From contig NC_134030.1 in assembly GCF_964204645.1 (NCBI RefSeq), positions 13,696,656 to 13,760,655 on the forward strand: a stretch of DNA of 64,000 bases, in the 5' to 3' direction. The position numbers and the translations under genes were made by a program. The DNA is from Tubulanus polymorphus. Lineage: Eukaryota > Animalia > Nemertea. Below, piece by piece: positions 1 through 11,740 of this stretch; within the stretch, counting starts at the first letter, position 1, and every line of letters begins with the position of its first letter. The notes under the pieces are model-generated. The model was not told where the DNA came from, did not search any database, and saw only the letters and a list, made by a program, of their open reading frames with translations.

Positions 1-34
1 CTGTACTAATTACATATGGTAGTCAGTTTCGTCG

Positions 35-1285
35 TATGGTGGCTGATAAGGGCTTTGAAAATATTCCCTGACAAAAAATAATATTGTCATATAAAGATAG
101 AATTTCCATCGAAAAATATTCGTGAGTGAAAATAATTTGTGAAAAATAAATCGCTTTCAAAATACATATGTGAGTAAAAATATTTACATCTCCATCGAAA
201 TATTTTCCCACGTCTAAGATATCTTAGCTGTACAAATGATTTCGGGTTTTCCCTTTTGCGCGCACTAATTGATTGTGCCACAACTAGGGCGCAGCAGTGT
301 TTGTACCGTTAGTACGTAATGTTAGTATAACTAGCAATAACCTCGGATTGTCCTCATTGACTATGGTACCGCCACTGACAGCAGCAACTAGTGTCCAATA
401 TTTCGGCCTCCTGTTATTGGTCTGATATAGGCCTAGTTCATTACCGAATTATGGACTGGTTGCCGGTTTCTATCTCCAATATTCACAGTATTCTGGGTTT
501 ACCGAAACTATTTATTTCTAGATGGACAGGGTGTGATGCCGGTCTGATGAGCAATCAACGAGCCCTGATTTTAATTTTAGTGTAAATTTTTTTGGATATT
601 TTTGACCCTAATTTTTGCGTCCAAATCGACTTTTTACATTTTATTTATTTATCTATCTATTTATTTTACACTCAAACTCATTACAGGTATTAGAGGGAAA
701 ACACAAAATTTACAGATTTTATAACGCTGTTGAATATTTACAGGCGGGCACATCGTGACAGTTCAGGATCCAAAGCTCTACTCAATTACCCTGATCCATG
801 TGTATATGAGGGCTCCGTGGAGTCGTCTTCACCTGTCAGGGACAGACTTCAGCAAGCCTTTGCCGGAACTGGTGGCAGCGAGTTCGGGAGCGTGTTATGC
901 GTGTACCATACTAGGGCTAGTAGTATAGAAGCTTTATACCTCCCACCAGCGCTGTTCAATCAACAAGCGCGCGCTATACCGGAAAACCCCACAATTATGT
1001 TTTACACTGCAAAAATATTTTAGTCATTGGAATATATTTTGAAAGGAGGCGATTTACTTTTAATACCGAAATTGTTTTCAATTACGAATATTTTGAGTCT
1101 GATTTATTTTCCATAGCGGGATTATTTTTACCCACGCATGATTATTTTCAAAAGAAAATATTTTTCGCTTACGAAAACATTTTGATGGAATTTCGCACCG
1201 ATATTATTTTCACTCACGAATTTATTTCGATGGAAATTTAATTTTTTGTCAGGAAATATTTTCATGGCCCTTTTCAACCACGATA
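35..1285. mobile_element. Non-autonomous TIR DNA transposon
   Basis: Left end tatggtggctgataagggctttgaaaatattccctgacaaaaaa matches the reverse complement of 1242..1285; AAAATATTT-like subterminal repeats on both arms; near-duplicated flanks gtttcgtcg (26..34) / gtttcgctcg (1286..1295). Same TIR start as the element at 17180..17776. Confidence 0.7.
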
Positions 1286-1528
1286 GTTTCGCTCGTCCTT
1301 CTCCATTACTGTCACATATTTTTTGTAATTGCTTGTAAAATGCATGCCATTTTTTCACAGTAGAGAAAATGACAACTGAGGATTCAGTATTCTAGATGTA
1401 ATGTACTTTGTCACGTAGATTGATATTCATTTCAATTTTCTCGACACTTCAAGTAGGTAGGAGGTGGGATGAAACTGAATCGAGGAGCGAATGAACTTTG
1501 CACAGGGGGAGAGGGTTATTTTTTCCCT

Positions 1529-1669
1529 TGGGGCTAGAGACGGGAAGATACTAGGAATGAAACTGAATAACAAGTCAACTATAGTAATTGATTATTTTCG
1601 CCCTCGGGGCTAGAGACGGGAAGATACTAGGAATGAAACTGATTAACTAGTCAACTATAGTAATTGATT
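1529..1669. repeat. Short tandem duplication (~76-bp period) upstream of an exon
   Basis: ggggctagagacgggaagatactaggaatgaaactga...gtcaactatagtaattgatt occurs twice in direct orientation. Confidence 0.8.
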
Positions 1670-1718
1670 GAACCATTCTTGATCAACTTAATTCCCTTTT
1701 CTCTATTTTCATTTTCAG

Positions 1719-1970
1719 ATGATTATAACAGCTCTGGAAGTTCAGGTCGCAATACACTAGAGAGTAGCCGTAGCACTGGTGGATGTGTGGATACGTTAGA
1801 GGATAACGACGACCGTTATGATGAAACCGAAGTTATACCTAACATCTCTGCTGCACCTTCTCAAGCTCCCCAGCAGCCGGTCATAGAAGTTGACGACCAG
1901 GATATATACGATGAATTCGACGATATTTGCGTACCGGAACCTATGACTCAACTGTTCACTGGCGAAAAAG
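1719..1970 (+). CDS. SKAP-like adaptor, internal exon (acidic region, RYDET/IYDEF motifs); upstream exons lie outside the window
   Basis: Pyrimidine tract + ttttcag acceptor, open frame DDYNSSGSS...QDIYDEFDD...TGEK, AG|gtaaaa donor; phase 1/1, compatible with the exon at 10136. Confidence 0.75.
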
Positions 1971-2209
1971 GTAAAATATACACTGATCTCGCATTTAACT
2001 GAAATGAAGTTATAGTTCCTGCTATGAGAAGTCATGTCGTACGGTTATACTATGAAGCCGCATTTACACTATCTATGTCGACCGTTCTATATGGGTATGT
2101 AAGAACGGGCCATATCAGAGTACGCATCCACACACTCGTTGCTGAATTGCTTAGATAGTTATAACTTGCCTCGCAAGATGTCGCCATGCAGAGTATTTTA
2201 ATGTACTAG

Positions 2210-4515
2210 TTAGTTCTTTAGGCAAACTTCTTACAAATATCCTTAATAATAGATTAACATGTTTTATGAATGTAAATAAACTTTTAAGTGAAAATCAAGC
2301 AGGTTTTAGAGCGGGGTATTCTACTACCGATCATCTATTCACACTTAAGTCTATTGTTGAGCTATACCTTAATCAAGGTAGACGTCTTTTCTGTTGTTTC
2401 GTAGACTTCCGCAAGGCCTTTGACTCCGTATGGAGAATTGCTTTATGGAAAAAGATGATGGCTTTAGGTATAAAAGGTCTCTTTTTAGCCCACTTGGGAC
2501 TTTAGTCCCAGCGTGCTATTGCGTTCACTTTTCGTCCGTCGTCCGTCCGTCCGTTCGTCCGTTCGTCCGTCCGTAGACGGAATCCAGTTTTTTTTGGAAG
2601 TTTTGAAGACGCTTCAAGGTAACGTCTTGATATTTGGGTTTCACGTGTATCTACCCTTGACACATCTTCAGCCCAAAAACTGGCCCTGTCAGAATCAAGA
2701 TGGCTGACTGGCAGCCATTGTTGTTCGCCAAAATCAGCACTTTTTACACATTTTTGAACTTTTTGAGGGAAATTTTGAAGACGCTTCGATCAATTACCTT
2801 GATCTTTCGGATATACATGAATCCCCCCAGGGCCCATCAACGAAACAAAAATTGAGTCGGTCGGACTCAAGATGGCCGTCCTATGACCTTTTTAGTGCCC
2901 AAAAATGTTAATTTTTGCCCGAATTCTGAGTCCTGTAGCTTCCTACTGGTTTACTATTTCTCATTGCAATTTGTGATGGGTATTCTTTGGAAAGGGATGT
3001 TTTATACCTCAGACAGGTATTTTTCATCAGCCAATTATGACGCAATTGGCGGCCATCTTGGTGTCACCAGTACTCATTCGTAAGTGGGAAAAAGTTTTTC
3101 CACATTAAATCGATACCTAAGCATATTGTGTTACTATATTCAATTAGAAAGTTGTAGCTCATAACGTGTTCTATGATTGTGGTGAGTTTCAAGGTAATTG
3201 GATTTCGTATATGGCCACCAGGGGGCGTTGAATAATACAATATCTTAGCATTTCTTTATTATATTCGTACCTATGCATATTTTGTAACCACAATCAATTG
3301 GAAAGTTGTAGCTCATGACATCATCTTTGATTGTTGTGAGTTATAAGGACATTAGTTTTTTATATGGTCACCAGGGGGCGTTGAATAGTAGAATAACTTA
3401 GTATTTCCTTATTATATTGGTACCTAGGCATATTTTGTTACCATGATCAATTGCAAAGTTGTAGTTCATGACATGTTATATGATTGTGGTGAGTTTCGAG
3501 GTAATTGGGTTTTGAATATGGTCACCAGGGGGCGTTGAATAGTAGAATGACTTAGTATTTCCATATTAAATTGGTAACGAGACATATTTTGTTATCACAA
3601 TCAATTACAAAATCGTAGCTGCTGACATGTTCTATGATTTTGGTGAGTTTCAAGGTCGTTGGTTTTTGTAAATGGTCACCAGGGGGCGTTGAATATTGAA
3701 ATTTTTAGATTGTTGAGCATTTGAAACCATTTCACAAGTGGGCATGGTGTCCCTGGACCCCTAGTTGAACACCGTGCACAACCTCTATATGAATTTCAAA
3801 TCTTTTGTATCGTTTAAAGGCGATACTTCACATTTTTTTCCCTTCAAACATCGGAGCAAGACAGGGTGAAAGTCATGGAATTTTGTTTAACTGTGATGGA
3901 AAATTTACAAAAGCAAAAAAAAGAAATTCACAACAAAGCTGTTCGAGCAATGTTTACTATTATTCAAAAAGGCAGAAGATGTAATTTTAGTTTTTAGATT
4001 ATTTGACTGTTGTGTGGCACCCATTTTATTGTACGGGTGCAAAATATGGGGCCATGAAAATATCGATATCTTAGAAAAAGTTCACCCAAGGTTTTGTAAA
4101 TTAGTTCTAAAAGTAACAACACTTTGCCATAATACTATGATATATGGCGAGACGGGCAGATTACCTTTATCGACTACTATTTAACTTAGAATCAAATATT
4201 GGAACAAAACTTTGAATGCTAACAAGTCAAAGCTGAATCTAGTAATGTATAATAGTTTGTACGACGTATACAAAAAAGATTTATATGTATCAGATTGTAT
4301 TTGCCAAATAAAGGAAATTATGCAAAACTGTGGGCTGAACTATGTGTGGCAAGATCAGGTAATCGATCTACGGTCGATAAATTTCATAAAACAATCTCTA
4401 AAAGATAGATACATTCAGACATGGAGGGAGAAATTGCAAAATAGTGACATATGCGTAAATTATAGAATCTTTAAACTTGAATATGATTACGAAAACCATT
4501 TATCCGTTGTTTAAA
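2210..4515 (+). mobile_element. Degenerate non-LTR retrotransposon (LINE) RT region, interrupted by a HINE
   Basis: RT motifs ENQAGFRAGYSTTDHLF...FVDFRKAFDSV (2266..2480), GARQGE (~3852), and C-terminal IWG...EKVH..FCK..L...YGETGRLPL, with stops and frameshifts. Confidence 0.85.
2482..3766 (+). mobile_element. HINE (non-autonomous Helentron/DINE-1-like element), family 1, full length
   Basis: 5' T-run + subTIR gcccacttg, hairpin gggactttagtccc, (GTCC)n microsatellite, ~154-bp internal tandem repeats (ggtcaccagggggcgttgaata), 3' subTIR caagtgggc + short stem-loop gtccctggac + TT; further copies at 16207, 42295, 62701. Confidence 0.85.
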
Positions 4516-4519
4516 ATTT

Positions 4520-5790
4520 AAAATATCGTGGAGCTTCACATAAGATTGTAATTTACAAGCACAAAAAAGTGAATTTCGTACCAATATTATTTCAAAATTT
4601 ATCCTGATATGATACCCATCTATTCATAAAACAATTATCAGGAAAACTAGGTGAAATTAATTAAGAAACAGAAGAATATAATGCTATAAATGATGAAAAT
4701 GTGGGAAAATATGATTTTAGATTATTAGCTAAAACATCTGAAAATTATATTTCATTTCAATTTGGATGCTTAAGATTCTTATAGATTTTTAGCAAGTTCA
4801 TTAGATAATTTAGCAAAAAGTTTAGTTGATAATGATTTTACTATAACGCGATATCATTATCCAAATGAACAAGATTTTAAATTATAGAGATATAAAGGTG
4901 CAATTCCTTACTCATTTTATAAAACACATGATGATTTTAAAGAAATAAAAATATTAAAAGAACAATTTTATAATCAATTAAAAAAATGAGAATATGAAAG
5001 ATGACGTTTTTAATAAGACATTAGATATTTGGAATCATTTTAAAATGGAAAATCACGGTGAATTAGTTGATTTATATCTAAAATCAGATGTTATGATATT
5101 GGCTGATATATTTGAAAAATTTTGAGAAGTTAATTTATATCATTTCAATGTTGATCCTTGTTATTGTTATTCAAGTCCTGATTTAACCTGGCAATGTGAT
5201 TTAAAATATACAAATGTAGAATTAGATTCTTTAAAAGAACCTGATATGGTAGTATTGTTTGAAAAATCAATATGAGGTGGAATTAGTGGTGTTTTGGTAT
5301 TTTAAAGCAAATGATGAATATAAATTATAATACATTGATGCAAATATTTTTTCATGATTGGGCAATGATGTAACCTCAACCATGTAAAGATTTCATATGA
5401 ACAGAAGTTGAGAATGATGATAAAACTGATTGGGAAAGTGCAAATATGAGTTTAAAAGATGATGCTCCAATTTCTTTGTAGTTGATTTAGAATATCCTAA
5501 TGATATAAAATTTAATTCTAAAAACTTACCACTTTGTCCTGAATATATAGCCGTAAATGATAGTTATTGAAGTGAATATCAGAAAAAAATTAAACTGAAA
5601 GATCATGTTTTACAGAAAAATTAATGTTGACACAAAATAATAAATATAATTATATTGTTCATTATAGAATGTTAAAAGTTTACATAACACAGAAAATGAA
5701 ATTAAAGAAAGTTCATAGATATATTGAATTTAACCAATTGAAATGGTTAGAAAAATATATAGATTTCAATACTCAACAGAGAACCTTACA
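4520..5790 (+). pseudogene. Polinton/Maverick protein-primed family B DNA polymerase (pPolB), degenerate
   Basis: Translatable blocks KYRGASH..CNL, YDTHLFIKQL, KGAIPYSF, DLYLKSDVMILADIFEKF, DPCYCYSSP, KSIxGGIS, YIDAN, YIVHYRMLKVY...KVHRYIEFNQLKWLEKYIDFNTQQR; multiple frameshifts and stops. Confidence 0.9.
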
Positions 5791-6203
5791 ACAAATAATA
5801 ATTTTGAATATTATATTTATGTATTGTAAACATCAATTAGATATATCAATTGCATCTGGAAAATGTAACAATTTTATTGGTTAAAAATTTAACTTATAAT
5901 GAATAAGATATAATGAAATCAGATCAAACTATCAAATTATCTAAGATTTATGAAACTGCGAAAATAGCTAGAATTAATGATACGATATCAGAAAAATAGT
6001 AAAAAGTTATTCTGAATTATGTTATTACATTCTACCAATTGAAGATGAAAATTAATTATATTCCGATTTGAAAAATGATTATTTAGTTATGACTGAATTA
6101 AATAAATGGATTGGATTATCATTTCAATTAGGTGGATTTATGACATTATCATCAACTGGAGTTATAAAATTTTCAAATATTGAAAGTAAAAGTTCTATAA
6201 TAA

Positions 6204-6440
6204 ATGAGCGAAGTTGAAGAAGTGAAAGAATTAACTGTGAAGAAAAACCCAGAACACAGAAACAAATTGAATGATCTCGGCAATTAGGAATTAAATCAAA
6301 AGAATTTAAAAAGGTAAAAATGAAAAAATAATTAATGAAAGTGTCAATGATAAAGATGAAAGTAAAGTTATTTCTACTCCTTCCAAATCATTTGATAGAT
6401 ATTCTTATTATTCAACTGGATTTGTTATTGTACTCATATG
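6204..6440 (+). pseudogene. Polinton-associated small basic protein with C-terminal hydrophobic segment (disrupted copy of 38674..38946)
   Basis: MSEVEEVK.. sequence closely matches the reverse complement of 38700..38946; starts at TAAATG. Confidence 0.7.
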
Positions 6441-6612
6441 GATTTAGATAATAATAAGAACGCAACTATCACAATCTTCATGATGATAATGAGTTTATTT
6501 ACATTTTCAAACATTTCGATCGATTTCGACTCATCTCTTCGAGTCCTTTTCAAGAAATGACATGAAAAGATACAAACTATGTATAGTATACTGTTACTAA
6601 TTACAGAGAATA

Positions 6613-7000
6613 TCATGCAGGCATGAAGTGGCCTAGTTTACAAAGTACAAATGGATTATAAACATATAAAAATACGTTCAGTAAAAATGAGACACCATGT
6701 GTGGAGAGTTGTTTGTTAATACTTGGTTTTTTGGATTTTATATATAATGCCTCTTTGATGGTGATTTGAAAGTCATTTTTTCCAGAATCAACGATTGAAA
6801 AGTTGTTTTTTAAAGAAAAATTTGATGCACAATTTTTACATGATGTTAAATATTCCTTAATTGCTGAAGGCGAAGTTCCATGCTCCTTTACCCTTGTGGC
6901 CAAATGTCGCATTGTTTTACCAATGTATGTGTTATTTGCATCACGCAAACATTTGAATTTATAAATTAAATTGGCCAACAAGGGTGAAGCAGTAGTTGGT
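6613..7000 (-). mobile_element. Penelope-like element 3' fragment, GIY-YIG endonuclease
   Basis: LIYKFKC...TYIGKTMRHLATRVKEH...IKEALYIKSKKPSINKQL matches the PLE GIY-YIG pattern. Confidence 0.85.
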
Positions 7001-7050
7001 TTAGTTTCTTCACTGAAGATGTAGTTGTATCTGAGGAATTTGTTGATCCT

Positions 7051-7204
7051 GAGTAATAGGGAATAAGTTGTTTCATACCAAAGGTCGAAGGGTCGAGCTC
7101 ATAAAAAATTAAAAATAAATTCTCGCACACTCGAATTTATTTTTTATTTTTTACTCACTCGCCCCTTCAACCTTTGATATGAAACATATTATTCCCTATT
7201 ACTC
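7051..7204. repeat. 154-nt imperfect palindrome (hairpin) at the left edge of an AT-rich virus-like block
   Basis: gagtaatagggaataa...aaataaatt pairs with aatttattt...ttattccctattactc around a ctcgcacactcg loop. Confidence 0.9.
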
Positions 7205-7283
7205 TTCAAATATTCATATATATGAATAAAATATAAATGAATAACTTCTAAAATCAATTTAGTAACAAATATTTGATATTAAA

Positions 7284-7605
7284 ATGGAGCCAGAACAATC
7301 ACAAACTATCAATATTACAAATAACACTGGTGTTATAAATATATACTACAAGAAATGTTCTAAATGTGAATTAGATAAATTAGCTATAACAGAATTTAGT
7401 AAGCGTAAGATTAGCAAAGATGGTTTTCAATATTGCTGCAAAACTTGTATTTAATCATATACTAAGCAATATCGAGCAGATAATAGAGAAGCTTAAAATG
7501 ATTATATGACAGAATATATGAGAGAAAGATATAAAACAGATCTTAATTTTAAAATGAAACAATGTTTACGGTCTAGATTAACACAATTATTCAACCAATA
7601 AGGGT
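7284..7605 (+). pseudogene. Virus-like CxxC-CxxC zinc-finger protein (disrupted)
   Basis: KKCSKCELDK...FSKRKISKDGFQYCCKTCI...YMRERYKTDLNFKMKQCLRSRL with in-frame stops; pattern typical of small Zn-finger/HNH-associated genes of large DNA viruses and Polintons. Confidence 0.6.
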
Positions 7606-7664
7606 AAAAAAATATTCTAAAGCGAGAGGTTTCAGCGAACTCTAACTCTTTTTTCAATTTTCAA

Positions 7665-7880
7665 TATAAAAAGTAACGAGTAATTAACGAGTGAAATAAT
7701 GCATATTTAAAACAGTGAATATCTATATTTATATGTGTTAGATTCTTATTTCTAAACATAAAAAGTAACGAGTAATTAACGAGTGAAATAATTCATATCT
7801 AAAACAGCGAATATTTATATTTATATGCGTTAAATTCTTATTTTCAATATTAAAAGTAACGAGTAATTAGCGAGTTGAAG
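7665..7880. repeat. Tandem ~92-bp repeats with core AGTAACGAGTAATTAACGAGT
   Basis: Core starts at 7672, 7764, 7855; inverted copies in 9180..9390; single copy at ~41720. Confidence 0.9.
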
Positions 7881-7915
7881 AAAATATCAATTTTAATTAA
7901 AAAAATGACTAATAA

Positions 7916-8398
7916 ATGAATAAACAGATACTACAATTCAAAGATATCGATTTAAATGAATTAGAAAAATATTTTACAATTAAAAATTTCATTCCTATTA
8001 AAGATTTGATTAAAACTGCACGTCTTCGTTTTCAAGTGAAAAATATTACTGAATTAGTGTTTAAAAATCATTATCTAATAATAGAGTTATCGAATGATAA
8101 AGATAAAATCTTATTCAATACAATAATTCCAAAATTCACAACATTTGGTGAAATAGTTAAACATTTAATAATTACAGATGAAATGCAATCACTTTTTAAT
8201 AATGAAAATTCACATAAAACATTATTTTTACACTTACATTATTGCCCTTTCAGAGAATGCTATGTAATGTTTATCAGAGTAGAAGAAAAGAGATTCATCC
8301 CCGACATTCCAAATGAAAAATCATTCAAAGTTGTTGGAATTCAATGTGATTTAGATAATGAAAATTATATAAAGATGTTGGGATTCGATGTAACTTAG
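7916..8398 (+). CDS. Hypothetical 160-aa protein of the Polinton-like element
   Basis: Open frame starting at TAAATG; second diverged copy at 41781..42270; no recognisable family. Confidence 0.6.
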   Translation: MNKQILQFKDIDLNELEKYFTIKNFIPIKDLIKTARLRFQVKNITELVFKNHYLIIELSNDKDKILFNTIIPKFTTFGEIVKHLIITDEMQSLFNNENSHKTLFLHLHYCPFRECYVMFIRVEEKRFIPDIPNEKSFKVVGIQCDLDNENYIKMLGFDVT

Positions 8399-8595
8399 AC
8401 AATAAAATTGATACACCTGAATATGAACCTAATGAAAAAGTGTTATGTAATTGTGGGAAATATTATACTCGAAGCAATAAATCACACCATCTTAAAATAA
8501 AATATCATAACTCAAAAATGATAATTCAACTCTAAATATTCAAAATAAGATATTTCAGATTACTTGTCAATCTTTTAATTTTTTTAATTAAATAA

Positions 8596-8802
8596 ATGGA
8601 TGGTTTCATCCCGACTGGGAAAAGTGATTTGAAACATTATTTAGTTGCAGGAGGATTAATTTTGGCCGCGCTTTTCTTTTACTATGAAAATATCAGTAAA
8701 GATCTAATGAATGAAAATATAAAATTGAGTAAAAAGTTAAAGAAGTTAGATGGGAATAATAATAAAAATGATCATAGAAAAGTTAATATTGAATCAGATT
8801 AG
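8596..8802 (+). CDS. Small single-TM protein of the Polinton-like element
   Basis: TAAATG start; hydrophobic LVAGGLILAALFFYY followed by a charged tail. Confidence 0.5.
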   Translation: MDGFIPTGKSDLKHYLVAGGLILAALFFYYENISKDLMNENIKLSKKLKKLDGNNNKNDHRKVNIESD

Positions 8803-8822
8803 TGAATTAATCTAATAAATAA

Positions 8823-9030
8823 ATGAGTGAAAATATATTAAATTTATTACGCCTTATTTACAGAAATCAACAGAATATTAAATCAATTATTATGCTTACA
8901 GGATTAGTTTCTTTTTCAGTTTATAGTATAAAACAGTTGTAAGAATTCTATGATAATTGCAAAATTAGATATGATGAATTGAAGGATAATATCAATTATC
9001 TATCAGATAGAATTAATAATATTAGTTACA
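8823..9030 (+). pseudogene. Second small single-TM protein of the Polinton-like element (stop-interrupted, truncated by inversion)
   Basis: TAAATG start; MSENILN...SIIMLTGLVSFSVYSIKQL* then charged tail. Confidence 0.4.
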
Positions 9031-9652
9031 CGAAGACGCGCAGTTTTAATCAAATCTTTAATAGGAATGAAATTTTTAATTTTAAAATATTTTTCTAATT
9101 CATTTAAATCGATATCTTTGAATTGTAGTATCTGTTCATTCATTTATTAGTCATTATTTTATTAAAATTGATATTTTCTTCAACTCGTTAATTACTCGTT
9201 ACTTTTAATATTGAAAATAAGAATTTAACGCATATAAATATAAATATTCGCTGTTTTAAATATGAATTATTTCACTCGTTAATTACTCGTTACGTTTTAT
9301 GTTTAAAAATAAGAATCTAACACATATAAATTTAAATAATCACTGTTTTAAATATGCATTATATCACTCGTTAATTACTCGTTACTTTTTATATTGAAAA
9401 TTGAAAAAAGAGTTAGAATTCGCTGAAACCTCTCGCTTTAGAATATTTTTTTACCCTTATTGGTTGAATAATTGTGTTAATCTAGACCGTAAACATTGTT
9501 TCATTTTAAAATTAAGATCTGTTTTTATATCTTTCTCTCATATATTCTGTCATATAATCATCATAAGCTTCTCTATTATCTCCTCGATATTGCTTAGTAT
9601 ATAATTTAATACAAGTTTTGCAGCAATATTGAAAACCATCTTTGCTAATCTT
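9030..9652 (-). repeat. Inverted duplication of 7407..8029
   Basis: Near-identical reverse complement over ~620 bp with a ~1-kb spacer. Confidence 0.92.
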
Positions 9653-10135
9653 GCATTCGTAAAATTTTCTCCTTAGAAATGCGCGTGGCCATCATGATAG
9701 TCCGGGAACATGAAATAAGCATAAGAAAAAAGAAATTGTCAACTTTCTAACGATTCACAAGTTTAAATTTTGTGCCAAAAGAGGGATGGACGACAATAAT
9801 CGCAAACGAGATTTTAGTTTAAAAAATGTTAAAATCTGTCCAACGATGCGGCCCCTGTAGATCCATAATACCCTCTATGCTCAAGAAAGTGCGCAATTCG
9901 AAAACGTTGATTGGAGTCTTCGCTCACTCTTATTGAACCTTGTGACGTTAGAAAAATAAATCTCCCACAATCGATGATGATTTAATCATCATCTATTGTG
10001 GTGTCACTTATATCTTCTTTGAATAAGTGAGATTATATAAGTCACATGCGAAATAATATCTCATAATTTTTTCCTCCCAGTGACCACTCTTGGATATGCA
10101 AACCACCTATCCATCTTCCACTTGTATATTAACAG

Positions 10136-10231
10136 GCAAGATGTCGGAACCTGCCCAAAACGAGCCAGAACAAGTCACTCCCAACAGCATAGGAGAGGGA
10201 ACAAAAGCTGGGTTCCTTACTGAAAAGAAAG
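10136..10231 (+). CDS. SKAP-like adaptor exon (start of PH domain)
   Basis: aacag acceptor, GKMSEPAQ...TKAGFLTEKK (PH beta-1; cf. KAGYLEKR in SKAP2), AG|gtacgt donor; phase 1/1. Confidence 0.85.
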
Positions 10232-11176
10232 GTACGTACGAACAGTAACCTAACAGTTCTGCAGCATTCGGTTGATAAAATATACATGTCTATCAAATTT
10301 AATTATTGGATTTCAATAACGTTTACTTAATTCGTCTAGCTTTTGGAAATAGCTATACTACGTATATGGTTGAAGATTTTCAATTGAAGTCTATTTGACG
10401 TATAGTTCGTGGTCGTTTTCCTCGTGTAAATAGTCAGAAATTTTATTGTAGACATTTTTTCTCGGGTACATATTGATGTAGGTTTCCTCTAAGTTATTTA
10501 GCTTTGACGTATTGACTTGAAAAGAAGCACATTTCGAAACCCAAATTATCCAAATGCAAGAGGTTGGTCCAAAATGAAGTTCCATGACATCGACGGTGCA
10601 GCAACAATGAGAATAGGTTTCTCCGTCAGGAGATGCTTTAGGTACCTCATATCTGGTGCTGCCAAAAGTAGTTTTGCACGGGGGCAGTTGCGTGTTTCGA
10701 TATACAGTGCATTACGTGTCCCTGGATGCGTCACAAAATTACATTAGCCCGATAATAATTAAGATGGCCGACTAGCGGCTATTTATGCTCAACAAAATCC
10801 GCACATTTTAAGAGTTTTCATGGGCAATTTTAGAGAAGCTACGAGCACTTATCTTATCTCTGGGGCCGTTCATCACAAGAAAACTTGCGATATTTATAAT
10901 CGACAATTTTTAGCACTCCCATAGAAAAATCACTACTCGCAACAAATTTCCATTTCGTTTCGCATTTCGTAATTACGTTTCGTATTTCGTAATTTCGCCG
11001 TTTCGTACTTTAGCAGGACCCTTCATATTGTACTTATATAGAGTTTCTAACAAAAGTTGTAGCACATCACACATCATGGCATGGTGTTTCGTGACCCTTT
11101 TCCATTATGATGTTGAAACTTCGATCTCTGAAACTTACTGGAATTGTGCTTCGCTTTATCATTATTATATGGCTAG

Positions 11177-11299
11177 AGAAGAAAAGTATTCTGGGCGTTC
11201 GAGGCAATCAGAAACGGTGGTGCGTACTCGATAAAGACATATTTTATACGTTCAATGATTTGAAAGCGAAGGAGCCAAAGTTTAACCAATCAATAAAAG
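11177..11299 (+). CDS. SKAP-like adaptor exon (PH domain)
   Basis: EKKSILGVRGNQKRWCVLDKDIFYTFNDLKAKEPK..., AG|gtaatc donor; phase 1/1. Confidence 0.9.
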
Positions 11300-11408
11300 G
11301 TAATCATTAAGATATGTAAATATCAGACTTTGTTTGTGGAAATAAATAGAATCTCACTTATCTTATTCCTTTTGTGTAAGAATTAAGAAGATGAATTATT
11401 TTTTCTAG

Positions 11409-11497
11409 GATATAAAATTGTGGCACTTTCGCAAGCAAAAAACAAGAAACAGAGTGGTTTTGAAATTTACTCGGCAGATGGAGCCATTGTGTTCACT
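11409..11497 (+). CDS. SKAP-like adaptor exon (PH domain)
   Basis: ttttctag acceptor, GYKIVALSQAKNKKQSGFEIYSADGAIVFT, gtaaga donor; phase 1/0. Confidence 0.88.
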
Positions 11498-11637
11498 GTA
11501 AGAGCAAATCCAATAAATTTTCAATCTTTTGCCAATCGAAACGCAATTAGATCTAATTATTTACCATTTAATGATTAAGTTAAACCTATGAAAGTTTAAT
11601 GAAACAATCGATGAAAATGTAATCTTTTATTTGATAG

Positions 11638-11740
11638 TTTTTAGTTTTTGATAAAGAAGATATGATATCGTGGGTGGAAGCGTTACAGAATGCTGCAGGT
11701 ACTGCCCCTGAATGCGGCACCAGAGCAAGTATTATGCAAG
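11638..11740 (+). CDS. SKAP-like adaptor exon (PH C-terminal helix)
   Basis: FLVFDKEDMISWVEALQNAAG contains the invariant PH tryptophan; AG|gtaagt donor; phase 0/1. Confidence 0.9.

Noticed and set aside
4520-9650. Bacterial, phage or organellar contamination for the very AT-rich compact gene blocks
   Set aside because: Genes are Polinton-type, decayed, multi-copy and interleaved with host repeats inside a spliceosomal intron.
10391-10747. Possible GIY-YIG-like C-terminus (LNNLEETYINMY...YNK) on the - strand
   Set aside because: No GIY/YIG motifs upstream; similarity too short to support.
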